Below, piece by piece: positions 1-8,770 of a DNA stretch of 29,553 nt. Both the position numbers and the translations under genes were made by a program. The DNA comes from a virus (lineage: Duplodnaviria > Caudoviricetes). Below the pieces are notes generated by a model that saw only the letters and a list, made by a program, of their open reading frames with translations, was not told the origin of the DNA and searched no databases. The DNA lies in the IMG/VR virus record IMGVR_UViG_3300005805_000018, positions 1 to 29,553 of that record; one strand, 5' to 3'. The stretch's first letter is position 1, and every line of letters starts with the position of its first letter.

Positions 1-51
1 GTGCCCCTGCGTCGCCTTGATGACCTTGATTGCCTTGATTTCCCTGATTAC
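1..51. repeat. Terminal 51-nt direct overlap with 29503-29553 (circular assembly junction)
   Basis: Exact identity of 1-51 with 29503-29553; the same 51-mer also occurs at 29440-29490. Confidence 0.9.
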
Positions 52-913
52 CTTGGAAGCCTTGTGGGCCTTGTGCCCCAACGGTTTGGCCATTTACTGA
101 TAGGGTTGAATCAGCAACGGTCAATGTCGCAGTTCCAAAGTAAATTGTGTTTGTGCCAACATAGAGGCTACGCCATTTAAGATCACTGGTGCCTAAATCA
201 TATGTGTCATCTGCTGAAGGAACAAAGTGAGTGTAGGCTGTGATGCTGCTGGTCGAACCCGTTAAAATGTTAGTGATAGTTGAACCAACATAGGTATAGA
301 CACTAAAGGTTCCAGTATAATTGTTGCCATCACCCAATCTAATACCAGAACCATAATTATTATTAATACCTGATTGGATATCTAATTGATTATATCCATC
401 AATATTGCTTAAACCACTTTGGCTTGAAAGCAATCTTAAAATATAAGAATTTACACCAACATAATTGGCTGTAGTATAGGGTGATAATTCCAAATTACCG
501 CCTGGAGCAATACGAATCAAATACTTACTGGGGTCTGATTCTTGGTTGATTGTATCGGCATATAGTATATTAGTCACCGTTAAATTATATACCGTGGCTG
601 AACTATCAGTAGTAAATCCACCTTGGGCCCCTTGGCTACCTTGACTGCCCTGTGATCCAGCCACACCAGCATCGCCTTGACTGCCCTGGGATCCCTGACT
701 ACCCTGTGATCCTTGGCTACCTTGATAACCTTGATAACCTTGATAGCCCTGGGCACCTTGGCTTCCACTACCTCCACCAATTTCTACGCCACCGGCGGTG
801 CTGCCATTACCAATAAACAATTTTTCGGTATCGGTGGCCCATAATGGTTCGCCCTCTGCTGGGGTAATTGATTGTAATTCTGTTTCTGTGCCTCGTCTTA
901 ATTGTAATGGCAT
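1..913 (-). CDS. 5' part of a collagen-repeat tail fibre with an Mtd_N-like N-terminus; continues across the circular junction into 29502..27653 (~920 aa in total)
   Basis: Not in the ORF track. ATG at 913 with GGA upstream. Hand translation MPLQLRRGTETELQSITPAEGEPLWATDTEKLFIGNG resembles the major tropism determinant N-terminal domain, followed by (G-x-Q)n and FVPSADDTYDLGTSDLKWRSLYV. The frame matches ORF 27653..29254 across the 51-nt overlap. Confidence 0.85.
   Translation of the reverse strand, partial: MPLQLRRGTETELQSITPAEGEPLWATDTEKLFIGNGSTAGGVEIGGGSGSQGAQGYQGYQGYQGSQGSQGSQGSQGSQGDAGVAGSQGSQGSQGAQGGFTTDSSATVYNLTVTNILYADTINQESDPSKYLIRIAPGGNLELSPYTTANYVGVNSYILRLLSSQSGLSNIDGYNQLDIQSGINNNYGSGIRLGDGNNYTGTFSVYTYVGSTITNILTGSTSSITAYTHFVPSADDTYDLGTSDLKWRSLYVGTNTIYFGTATLTVADSTLSVNGQTVGAQGPQGFQGNQGNQGNQGHQGDAGA
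620..765 (-). repeat. 9-bp-period tandem repeat encoding a collagen-like G-S/Y/A-Q tract
   Basis: ccttgataa, ccttggcta and ccctgtgat units. Confidence 0.9.
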
Positions 914-925
914 TTTATTCTTTCC

Positions 926-3232
926 TTAAACTAAATTGTAATCTACTGATAATGTAGGGTTATTAAAATCAACCACTCGAGCCTGCTGCTCAATACCAGC
1001 AATACTGGTTGCTTGAACAGGGCCAAAGTCATTGCTATAATATGCTGTTAGTTGAACCGTTTGATCCCCAAATTGAATACCTGCGGGGAAGAACGGTGCT
1101 CCAACACCTGAATAACTATAAATTCTACTGACATGTAATCTACTGGTGTTTATAGCACTACCAACTCGAACATATGGCGATGATAGATAGATAAAATCAT
1201 CTGCGGATAGTGTTATATCATCGGTCTGTAATGTAATACTGGTAGAAGCATTACTGCTAATACTGGTAGCATTGGGACTCAATAAAATATTAGCATCTGG
1301 ATATAAAGCACTACGGCGAATATAGAAACCATTAGTCTCCATATCTTCAGTAAGGCTGATATTACCACTGGTCGTAGCACTTAAAACACCGGTGCCGGCA
1401 TCTATAGATAAACCACTGCCAACTTTTATACCGCCCAATGTTGATGTTGTGGCTACGGGCAATGAATAACTGACCTGACCAATGCTTACCGTATTCACAC
1501 TCAATACACCAGTGGCTGTGTCAATATCCAAGAACTGGCCAACCTTGATACCGCCCAATGTTGATGTTGTAGCAATGGGTAAGGTGTAGGCAATTGTTCC
1601 CAAACTTGTGGTATTCACACTCAATATACCGGTGCCGGGATCAATATCAAGATAATCACCGACACGAATACTGCCCAATGAGGCAGTTGTGGCTATTGTG
1701 GTAGTTGAAAGGAATGAACCAGTTTGAACTGATAGCACCCCGGTAGTAGAATTGATCTCTAAAAAATTACCAACTTTTATACCACCTAATACCGTACTGC
1801 TGGCTATGGGTAGGCTTACGGTGCCTGTGCCGGTGCCAATTGCGGCAGTGTTCATCCGTGTGCCATCGGGGAATTCAATACCCGGTAAAACTCTAAAATA
1901 TGAAGTCCCAGTGACCCCACCTTTAATGGCCTTACCTCCGTTTATAATAATATCATCATAGGAAGTTAAACCACCGGCAGTAAGACCGCCTGAAACATAA
2001 ACACTACCGCCAATATCAACATCATTGGTTATATCTAATTGATCTGCTTTAATTTCTACATCGCCGACTGCGGTGCTTTGGGCTACTTCTTTGAACCAAA
2101 TATGGCTTTTTAGACCTGCGGCTCTACTACCACTACCCACTTTCAATTCTGGATTGGCTACACCTGCTTCATAACCAGTGACAATATAAAAGCCAATAGT
2201 TTTTAGATCATCTGATAATTGCCAAAATTGTATATCGCCTAAATTAGTCCAACTGGCTTGATTGGTTCCATTTGTGACTAATACTTGACCATTCACACCT
2301 GCGGTAAGCGGATATCTTAAGGCACCGACTTGAAATTGATTTCTTATTGTGGCATTGTAAAATGAACTGGTGCCAGTATTACTATAGACCAAATTAGTAG
2401 CAGTGAAGATATTACCTTCAATTCGTTCTCCTGCTACATTCACACTACCGCCCACATATAGAGGTCCAAGAACTTCGAGACTTTCTGTGATGGTCATATC
2501 ACCTTGTAGTGTAGTTGGCCCATCAAGATTGCTAACTTGTAGGCTGGCAAAACTACTGGTTCCAGCATTACTAACAATTCTATTTGAAGCAGTAAAGACA
2601 CCTGTTAGTCTGGCACTGCCATTGATTAAGGTATTACCATCAATTTGAACCAGTGTATATGTGCCAACGGTATCTGAAAATCTTGTTGGACCGAGATTGG
2701 CTAAATTGGCTACTATTCGGTTATCTACTACAAGATCAGTTTTAATATAAGCACCATTCTCTACCACTAAAGAATAATCTGGATTTAATGTCGGTGTATA
2801 ATTGCCTGTGGTATTAGTGATATAAACTGGTCCGCCAATTGTGGCAGTCGTAGTCACCGTCAGGTAGGCCATTGTGGCTTCGTGGAAATAGAACAATTCC
2901 CAATTTGTGGTATCACTTGGTGGTGCTACGGTGCTGGTGAATACGGTTCTAAATGGAACACCACAGATATAGAGACTTTTGTTGTAATCAACTACATCAT
3001 TACGAAGATATTCTGTACCGCTGACCCAAGGGCCTTTGTTTTGTTCGACAAAGTCAAAACCTCCCGCAGTATCACTGAACACCGTGATGTCATTGACCAC
3101 ATTGGTAATTGAAAATACCGTATCAACATTAGTCACCGTGAATAGGATATCATCTACATTGACCGTGATATTATTGATAGTATCAGTTGCTGTGACTACA
3201 ACTACGACACTGGTAGCGGATAGTTCAATCAC
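926..3232 (-). CDS. Tail fibre/receptor-binding structural protein with an N-proximal carbohydrate-binding-like motif and four LPxATxxxLGGIKVG repeats
   Basis: WVSGTEYLRNDVVDYNKSLYIC resembles CBM5/12-type motifs; ~40-aa repeats at ~1380-1815; Thr/Gly/Ser-rich; located in the tail cluster. Confidence 0.7.
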   Translation of the reverse strand: MIELSATSVVVVVTATDTINNITVNVDDILFTVTNVDTVFSITNVVNDITVFSDTAGGFDFVEQNKGPWVSGTEYLRNDVVDYNKSLYICGVPFRTVFTSTVAPPSDTTNWELFYFHEATMAYLTVTTTATIGGPVYITNTTGNYTPTLNPDYSLVVENGAYIKTDLVVDNRIVANLANLGPTRFSDTVGTYTLVQIDGNTLINGSARLTGVFTASNRIVSNAGTSSFASLQVSNLDGPTTLQGDMTITESLEVLGPLYVGGSVNVAGERIEGNIFTATNLVYSNTGTSSFYNATIRNQFQVGALRYPLTAGVNGQVLVTNGTNQASWTNLGDIQFWQLSDDLKTIGFYIVTGYEAGVANPELKVGSGSRAAGLKSHIWFKEVAQSTAVGDVEIKADQLDITNDVDIGGSVYVSGGLTAGGLTSYDDIIINGGKAIKGGVTGTSYFRVLPGIEFPDGTRMNTAAIGTGTGTVSLPIASSTVLGGIKVGNFLEINSTTGVLSVQTGSFLSTTTIATTASLGSIRVGDYLDIDPGTGILSVNTTSLGTIAYTLPIATTSTLGGIKVGQFLDIDTATGVLSVNTVSIGQVSYSLPVATTSTLGGIKVGSGLSIDAGTGVLSATTSGNISLTEDMETNGFYIRRSALYPDANILLSPNATSISSNASTSITLQTDDITLSADDFIYLSSPYVRVGSAINTSRLHVSRIYSYSGVGAPFFPAGIQFGDQTVQLTAYYSNDFGPVQATSIAGIEQQARVVDFNNPTLSVDYNLV

Positions 3233-3236
3233 GATA

Positions 3237-3755
3237 TTATGCTGCCACTACAACAGAAGTATAATTTGTTGTGGTTATTGTAGTTGGATCTTGTGCCAAA
3301 ACTCCGGGTTCCCAAGCCAATATCTTAGCCATACGGTGAATATTAGTCACTGGTGGGGTTGAACTATCAGTCCAATGAAGACTGATAACTAACAGGGGAA
3401 CATTCTTGCGGCTGTCTGGCAGTATCCCGTTATCTTCTGGATATAGACCGCTGGGATGTGTGACATTTACGATACCCAAACTTGTGCTGGCTACCTGAAC
3501 ATAAGTGGCAGTTGAAACTACACCTTTGGGGAAGAATCCAATGACCTGACTATCTGTAAAATTAGGTTCGCCGTCGCGAGTATATGATATTGTATCAACA
3601 ACTACGGTTTGATAGTCTAAAAGAAATGTCCAACCATTGATTGAACCATTAAAGTTATATGTGTAGGTTTTTTGAGTTGATGGAAAACTACCTTCAACCT
3701 TGATTGAATCTGGACCCCCCAAAAACTGGCCCAGTGTAAGAACGCCCCCTGCCAT
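3237..3755 (-). CDS. Virion structural protein, possibly a fibre attachment/baseplate protein
   Basis: 172 aa, beta-rich; GGAG RBS; first gene after the TAAATA element at 3826. Confidence 0.5.
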   Translation of the reverse strand: MAGGVLTLGQFLGGPDSIKVEGSFPSTQKTYTYNFNGSINGWTFLLDYQTVVVDTISYTRDGEPNFTDSQVIGFFPKGVVSTATYVQVASTSLGIVNVTHPSGLYPEDNGILPDSRKNVPLLVISLHWTDSSTPPVTNIHRMAKILAWEPGVLAQDPTTITTTNYTSVVVAA

Positions 3756-3780
3756 TTTATTTCTCCCATTAGTGGTAAAA

Positions 3781-3831
3781 TTCTATAGCTGAGGCTATAG
3801 AAAGTTTTTTTGGCTGTGTTAGATTTATTTA
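3781..3831 (-). promoter_or_regulatory. TAAATA late-type promoter (3826-3831) plus a 9-bp leader hairpin (3781-3802)
   Basis: GGTAAATA in the intergenic gap; ttctatagc/gctatagaa inverted repeat. Confidence 0.6.
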
Positions 3832-3867
3832 CCGAACTAATCAAAAAACTCTCTAATATAGCCGTTT

Positions 3868-6666
3868 TTAACTTGATCCGCCTGCGACCTTGTTGATACT
3901 GAATAGTACGCCTGGTGTTCTTGGATACACAGGTGCCACGGTGCTGCTTGAAATAGCGGCAATACCGATAGCGGCGTCAGTGGCGTTCCAATAAAGTTCA
4001 ACATAGTCATCTTTGTTCAAATTCAATATAACCGGCACGGTCATTACTGCGGTTCCATCAATACTGCCGTGTCTGGCCGGCACCGTTATGGCAGTGGCTG
4101 AATCTGGAATATCACTACCATTACGACGATACCATAAAATGGCTCTATGAGCCGTATTGTCTGTGTTTTCAAATACAGCCGAAAATTGAGCGAAATATGT
4201 TCCTGAACTTGATACATTGATATGACTTGATGTGGTCAATGTGACACCATTTGAGATATCAGTGATATCAAAAGGTATAGCAACAACTTCAGTGGCTGTG
4301 GCAATACTCTGTGTTGCTGTGGTTAAGAACTGACCATAGATCGCAGGTGATCCTAAATCAATCCATTTGGTGCCATTATAGAATGCTGGGTATTTGGTGC
4401 TTTGGTTAGTGCCAGCGGGATCCCAACTGGCAGCATCTGCTACTGCCACGGTTCCTGTTGAATAAGAACTGGGTTCAGCGGTCAATGGTGTAAATGTGAT
4501 CTTACTGCTAACCGTAGCAGTGGTCATTGACCAATTTAGGCTTGAACCTGTCGTATTGGTTAAGTTTGTGGCTGTTAAAGTTGTGACTATTTCATTAGCA
4601 ACGGATAATTGATTAAGTGAGGCATTGTATGTGATATCATTATCGCCAAAGACATTATCGTAATCATTAAGAGGTTGAGCAAATAAAACATTATAGGTTC
4701 CTGAAGTGGCAGCACTGACAAATATTTGATCAGCAAATGTGGCTGTATTGATTGTGCCATCATTGGCACCTGCTGGTCTGGGGTTCCAAGTAAATGCTGT
4801 GCTGGCCGCACTTAAAGCACTGGTTCTACCTGCTGCTACGGTTCTGGCCTTCAAATACCAAGTGCCGGGTTTCAATGTGGTGATAACATCTGTAATAGTT
4901 TGATTAGCCACATATTCACCATCAACCGCACGCTCATTTTCAAGGAATACATAACCACTGGCTGATGAACTTGAATAGAACCATTCAATACTTGTCACTG
5001 GTTGGCTGGTAGCATCAATAGTAGAAGAAATAGTAAAGTTGGGCACATTAGCAGTTTCATTTACATTTGATACTACTGGGGCCGAAGGTGCCGGCAGACT
5101 TGATCCTCCGAAACTGGGGATACCTGAACCATCTGTGGGCACATATTGGCTGAGAGTTTGATCATCATAGACCGTGGCATCATATTCTAATGCTGTTATT
5201 TCAGCGTACAACTGGCCTTCTGTATCTTCAATCTCTCTGGTTCTTGTGACTCTAAATAACTTTTCATTGAATCCATAGATAGCATTTGTGACCTTGATAA
5301 CATCACCAACATCGACCTGAAGAGCACTATAATCTGCTCTAAATGTTATGATTAGATCAACTCGACTCTGTTTAAGTTCAATATTACCAATACGGGCTGC
5401 GTGTATGGCATTATTGACCATATCAACCTTCATACTCAATTCATTATCAGGTTCATTGTCATTGCGTAATCCTGCGATGGTAGCAGTTGAGTAATAGTCA
5501 ATTTGATCTTCAATGTCCTTATTGGGGAATTCAACTTCCACACTATTGAAAAGATCTTCCAATGCTGTGGCTGTGATCTGTATATCACCAATAATATTAT
5601 CATCATTGAATATAAAGGCATTGGTCAATTCACCTGCGGTAGCAGCACGATTTACAATGACCTTCCATTGTCCCAATGAGTGATCAAATGTGGTCCAACT
5701 GGAACTGGCAATATTGATCTTTTCTAAATTGACCTTTTGACTATCACCTGTGGATAATACCCCATTGATTTCATAACGAACCTGTGTGCTGGTTGAACCA
5801 TCACTATTAAATTGATTCGCGGGTATTTGATTGGATATTGAGTAAAGACTTAGAGTATTTGCAGTGTCAATACTGGTTGAGGTATTGACCAAACTGGCCG
5901 AGATATTGGCACCATAGGTCGAATTCGTAATATAATCATACCAAACTAAACCTGGATTTTTCAGTGTATTTGAGATTTCAAAAGTAGTAGGTGCCAAAGC
6001 AGTGACACCATTTTCCTGACTATAGGTCAATTGAACCACAGCAAATACAAGATTGTTCAATAGGTATGTAGGATGATCTGTTTCACCAATAAAGTCTCGA
6101 GCATTAGTAGCATTGTTAGTGGGGAATATTTGATTGCTTGAATCTGTGCTACCAGCATATACTCTGATCTTAATAAGACCATTTAATTTTGTATTTTCAA
6201 CTACAGCCGAAGTATCTGGATCAATACGGCCATAATTCTCTAAACCCTTTTCTACAATATGACTATCTGAACCTGACTTGAATACTAATTTTTGATCGTT
6301 CCAATAGATATTTTCGCAGGTGAATGTTCCTGTTGCGGTCTTTTCACTTAATATCAGCACATAGGTCATAACTTGACGATCCGCACTCAATCTGGCATCA
6401 GTGATTATGCCCTGTTGGAATACTCGACCATATATGACGGGGATTTTATTATTTGTAGCGGGGGGTATTTGAACACGCACACCAGTATCTTGACTGGCAC
6501 TACCTCGAGCACCTCCTCCCGCACTGGGCAACAAGATACGAGCAGTAATAATGGCCAAACCTGTGGCTATGACCGATACCGCAAATGCTGCGGCTGTGCC
6601 AGCAACAACGGCACCTCCAATAAAGGAACTGACAATCGCTGTGGCTGCTGCGGTAAAGATAGGCAT
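3868..6666 (-). CDS. Tail tip/central fibre protein (lambda gpJ-like) with an FN3-like region and a C-terminal C1q/BclA-like domain
   Basis: Hydrophobic N-terminus, IPVIYG motif, LQVDVGDVIKVT..FRVTR..EITALEYDATVY; C-terminal PFD..SNG..SGTYFAQFS..LWYRRNG. Confidence 0.8.
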   Translation of the reverse strand: MPIFTAAATAIVSSFIGGAVVAGTAAAFAVSVIATGLAIITARILLPSAGGGARGSASQDTGVRVQIPPATNNKIPVIYGRVFQQGIITDARLSADRQVMTYVLILSEKTATGTFTCENIYWNDQKLVFKSGSDSHIVEKGLENYGRIDPDTSAVVENTKLNGLIKIRVYAGSTDSSNQIFPTNNATNARDFIGETDHPTYLLNNLVFAVVQLTYSQENGVTALAPTTFEISNTLKNPGLVWYDYITNSTYGANISASLVNTSTSIDTANTLSLYSISNQIPANQFNSDGSTSTQVRYEINGVLSTGDSQKVNLEKINIASSSWTTFDHSLGQWKVIVNRAATAGELTNAFIFNDDNIIGDIQITATALEDLFNSVEVEFPNKDIEDQIDYYSTATIAGLRNDNEPDNELSMKVDMVNNAIHAARIGNIELKQSRVDLIITFRADYSALQVDVGDVIKVTNAIYGFNEKLFRVTRTREIEDTEGQLYAEITALEYDATVYDDQTLSQYVPTDGSGIPSFGGSSLPAPSAPVVSNVNETANVPNFTISSTIDATSQPVTSIEWFYSSSSASGYVFLENERAVDGEYVANQTITDVITTLKPGTWYLKARTVAAGRTSALSAASTAFTWNPRPAGANDGTINTATFADQIFVSAATSGTYNVLFAQPLNDYDNVFGDNDITYNASLNQLSVANEIVTTLTATNLTNTTGSSLNWSMTTATVSSKITFTPLTAEPSSYSTGTVAVADAASWDPAGTNQSTKYPAFYNGTKWIDLGSPAIYGQFLTTATQSIATATEVVAIPFDITDISNGVTLTTSSHINVSSSGTYFAQFSAVFENTDNTAHRAILWYRRNGSDIPDSATAITVPARHGSIDGTAVMTVPVILNLNKDDYVELYWNATDAAIGIAAISSSTVAPVYPRTPGVLFSINKVAGGSS

Positions 6667-6669
6667 TGC

Positions 6670-7125
6670 TTATTCTCCAATCATATATGTTGCTTCTATA
6701 AATCTAAATCCACGACGCTCATAATCAAACGGGGGACTGGTGGCCAATCGACTAACGGTATAACCTGTGATCTGACGGCGTATCTTTAGATCCTCACATC
6801 GGTCAATATATGTGCTCCACAGACGACCACCAACACTACTTCCTCGATATTGGGGTCTAACCCACCAAGCCAATTCACGCATTCTTATGATCTTGCGAAT
6901 CCAAAGATCACTTTCTCTCAAGGCCAATATCATACCTGCGATCTCACCATCACCCTGTGCGACTAAACTGGCACCACTATACTCGCATCTCAATAGAATT
7001 TGATCAATATGACTACGATCATATTCAGGTTGATCTAATGTTGCTATACCAGTTTCATAACCAAAATTCACCAACATTGAGGTTATCTCTGGATAATCGG
7101 CTCGCTGTAAAGGTCTGATACGCAT
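6670..7125 (-). CDS. GNAT-family acetyltransferase
   Basis: MRIRPLQRAD start, ELAWWVRPQYRGSSVGGRL acetyl-CoA motif, YERRGF. Confidence 0.85.
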   Translation of the reverse strand: MRIRPLQRADYPEITSMLVNFGYETGIATLDQPEYDRSHIDQILLRCEYSGASLVAQGDGEIAGMILALRESDLWIRKIIRMRELAWWVRPQYRGSSVGGRLWSTYIDRCEDLKIRRQITGYTVSRLATSPPFDYERRGFRFIEATYMIGE

Positions 7126-7787
7126 TATACACCGCCTGAAAGAGCCATATCATTACCGCCTCCACCACCATCACTACTACTGGCCGATGCGGCTGCTGGG
7201 GCTACTGGTTTGCCAAAGTCAAATGCGGTATTTGCTATGGCCTTGACTCTATACATACCAAAATCAGTAGCAGTTGAAAAACTATCAGTATTGGTTCTTC
7301 GACCTGAATATTGACGCTCCAATAAGGCATTGTTGCTTGAACATTGTAATGCTATAGTATTAGTCATAACCTTACCATCAACATCCCAATTTTCTGATAT
7401 TGAATAATTGCTGACATAGCCCTGAAATCTTAAGAATACATTTGAAGTCACAAGGTAATGATCCTCGGTATTGAAAAAGGCTCGATAAATCTTGATCAAA
7501 CTGCCTTTGACATTGCTGTTCAATACAATATCCATATAACTGGGCTCACCTGTGACATCACTGGGGATACCACTTAAACTCACGGTTAAGGCATTATTAG
7601 TAGCACGAAGATCTTCTTGTATCTCACTCAAACCCAATAAATGGCCTAATTGTGTATATTGATTACCGTCCCAAGTCACTGGGTTATATGAATTAGCAAT
7701 TCTATATGTGGTGCCATTTACGGTCAGGTCTATCAAAAGACCGTGAAGAATATGTGTGCCTTGAACTGCGGTTATGCTGGTGGTCAT
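7125..7787 (-). CDS. Minor tail/hub protein (gpL/DUF2163-like)
   Basis: Position after Dit; VTWDGNQY..LG..LS.IQE..TVSLSG and RRTN motifs typical of this class. Confidence 0.65.
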   Translation of the reverse strand: MTTSITAVQGTHILHGLLIDLTVNGTTYRIANSYNPVTWDGNQYTQLGHLLGLSEIQEDLRATNNALTVSLSGIPSDVTGEPSYMDIVLNSNVKGSLIKIYRAFFNTEDHYLVTSNVFLRFQGYVSNYSISENWDVDGKVMTNTIALQCSSNNALLERQYSGRRTNTDSFSTATDFGMYRVKAIANTAFDFGKPVAPAAASASSSDGGGGGNDMALSGGV

Positions 7788-8770
7788 ATTATTTTCTCGA
7801 TCATTTCAAAATTACCGTTCCAACTCATACGGTCATATGGTAATACAACATAGTTAGGTAATTGACTCAACACCATACGCCAAGTAGTCTCGGTGCCAAT
7901 GTTTAGACTGCGGTTAGTTAGGCTAATACCTTCACTACTGATAATATTACGGTGTAGTGTGGCAGTCACGGTTGAGGTAGTGCCCCTCACGACTTCTGTT
8001 TGAACACTATAAGGATAACGACTACCATTAGGTTGAATTAAATCACCAACTTTGAATACAATGGTTTGATTTGTCACCGTTGTGGTCAAACTGGATTGAA
8101 CTGGTTGATCATAGACCGTTGTGGTTGTGGCCGCAGTTGTTGATGAATTTGGTGCCCCACTCATAACAATGCGACTATAACTGGTTCCATCAAGAGTAAT
8201 ATAATCTCTTGTTATACTTGATATTGTTCTGGCACTGGTAATATATGTGGTAGTTGAAACCGTATCACCTGCTTGAATACTATACCAATTACTATCCAAT
8301 TCGCTGGTTGTGATTAAGAAATCAGTTCTTGATGTATCCAATGCCCGATTATAAGTCACCGAAGTCAATGTTGAAAAACTTCGTGCGGTCATTATATAAC
8401 TTCGACTTGAGAGTGTGGCCCCAAGTGCAGGTAATTGATCAATAGTAATACTGGCTGTACTGGTGGCAGTGGTTCTTAAATCGGCTCTCTGTGCGGCAGT
8501 AAGTTGTCCTTGATAAGCAGTCAGATAACTGGCTCGAGCCAAATTGACTTCTTCCTCTTCAATACGATCCTTATCCAATATACTTTCAATAATAGCACGG
8601 CTGGTGCTATATTTCATATTAGCGGGAGGTTTGACAATCCAACGCCAAGGTGTAGCACTGGCTCTTTCAGCAGTTTTCAATCTCTGTGATCTACTGATTG
8701 ATTGACCAACAATACGGCGTCGATCAAACTCTATGGTCTCTGCTTGATCAATGATAGTTTGAATTGACAT
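7784..8770 (-). CDS. Distal tail protein (Dit-like) with a Thr/Ser-rich internal insertion
   Basis: Immediately downstream of the tape measure gene; C-terminal F-E-M-I-E; enlarged to 328 aa. Confidence 0.6.
   Translation of the reverse strand: MSIQTIIDQAETIEFDRRRIVGQSISRSQRLKTAERASATPWRWIVKPPANMKYSTSRAIIESILDKDRIEEEEVNLARASYLTAYQGQLTAAQRADLRTTATSTASITIDQLPALGATLSSRSYIMTARSFSTLTSVTYNRALDTSRTDFLITTSELDSNWYSIQAGDTVSTTTYITSARTISSITRDYITLDGTSYSRIVMSGAPNSSTTAATTTTVYDQPVQSSLTTTVTNQTIVFKVGDLIQPNGSRYPYSVQTEVVRGTTSTVTATLHRNIISSEGISLTNRSLNIGTETTWRMVLSQLPNYVVLPYDRMSWNGNFEMIEKII

Noticed and set aside
1-51. Biological direct terminal repeat
   Set aside because: It lies mid-gene within a tandem repeat and is better explained as assembler overlap
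580-780. 66-aa minus-strand ORF MVEVVEAK...
   Set aside because: Alternative frame of the collagen repeat; the real frame starts at 913
780-913. Diversity-generating retroelement suggested by the Mtd_N-like domain
   Set aside because: No reverse transcriptase motif and no template/variable repeat pair differing at adenines was seen
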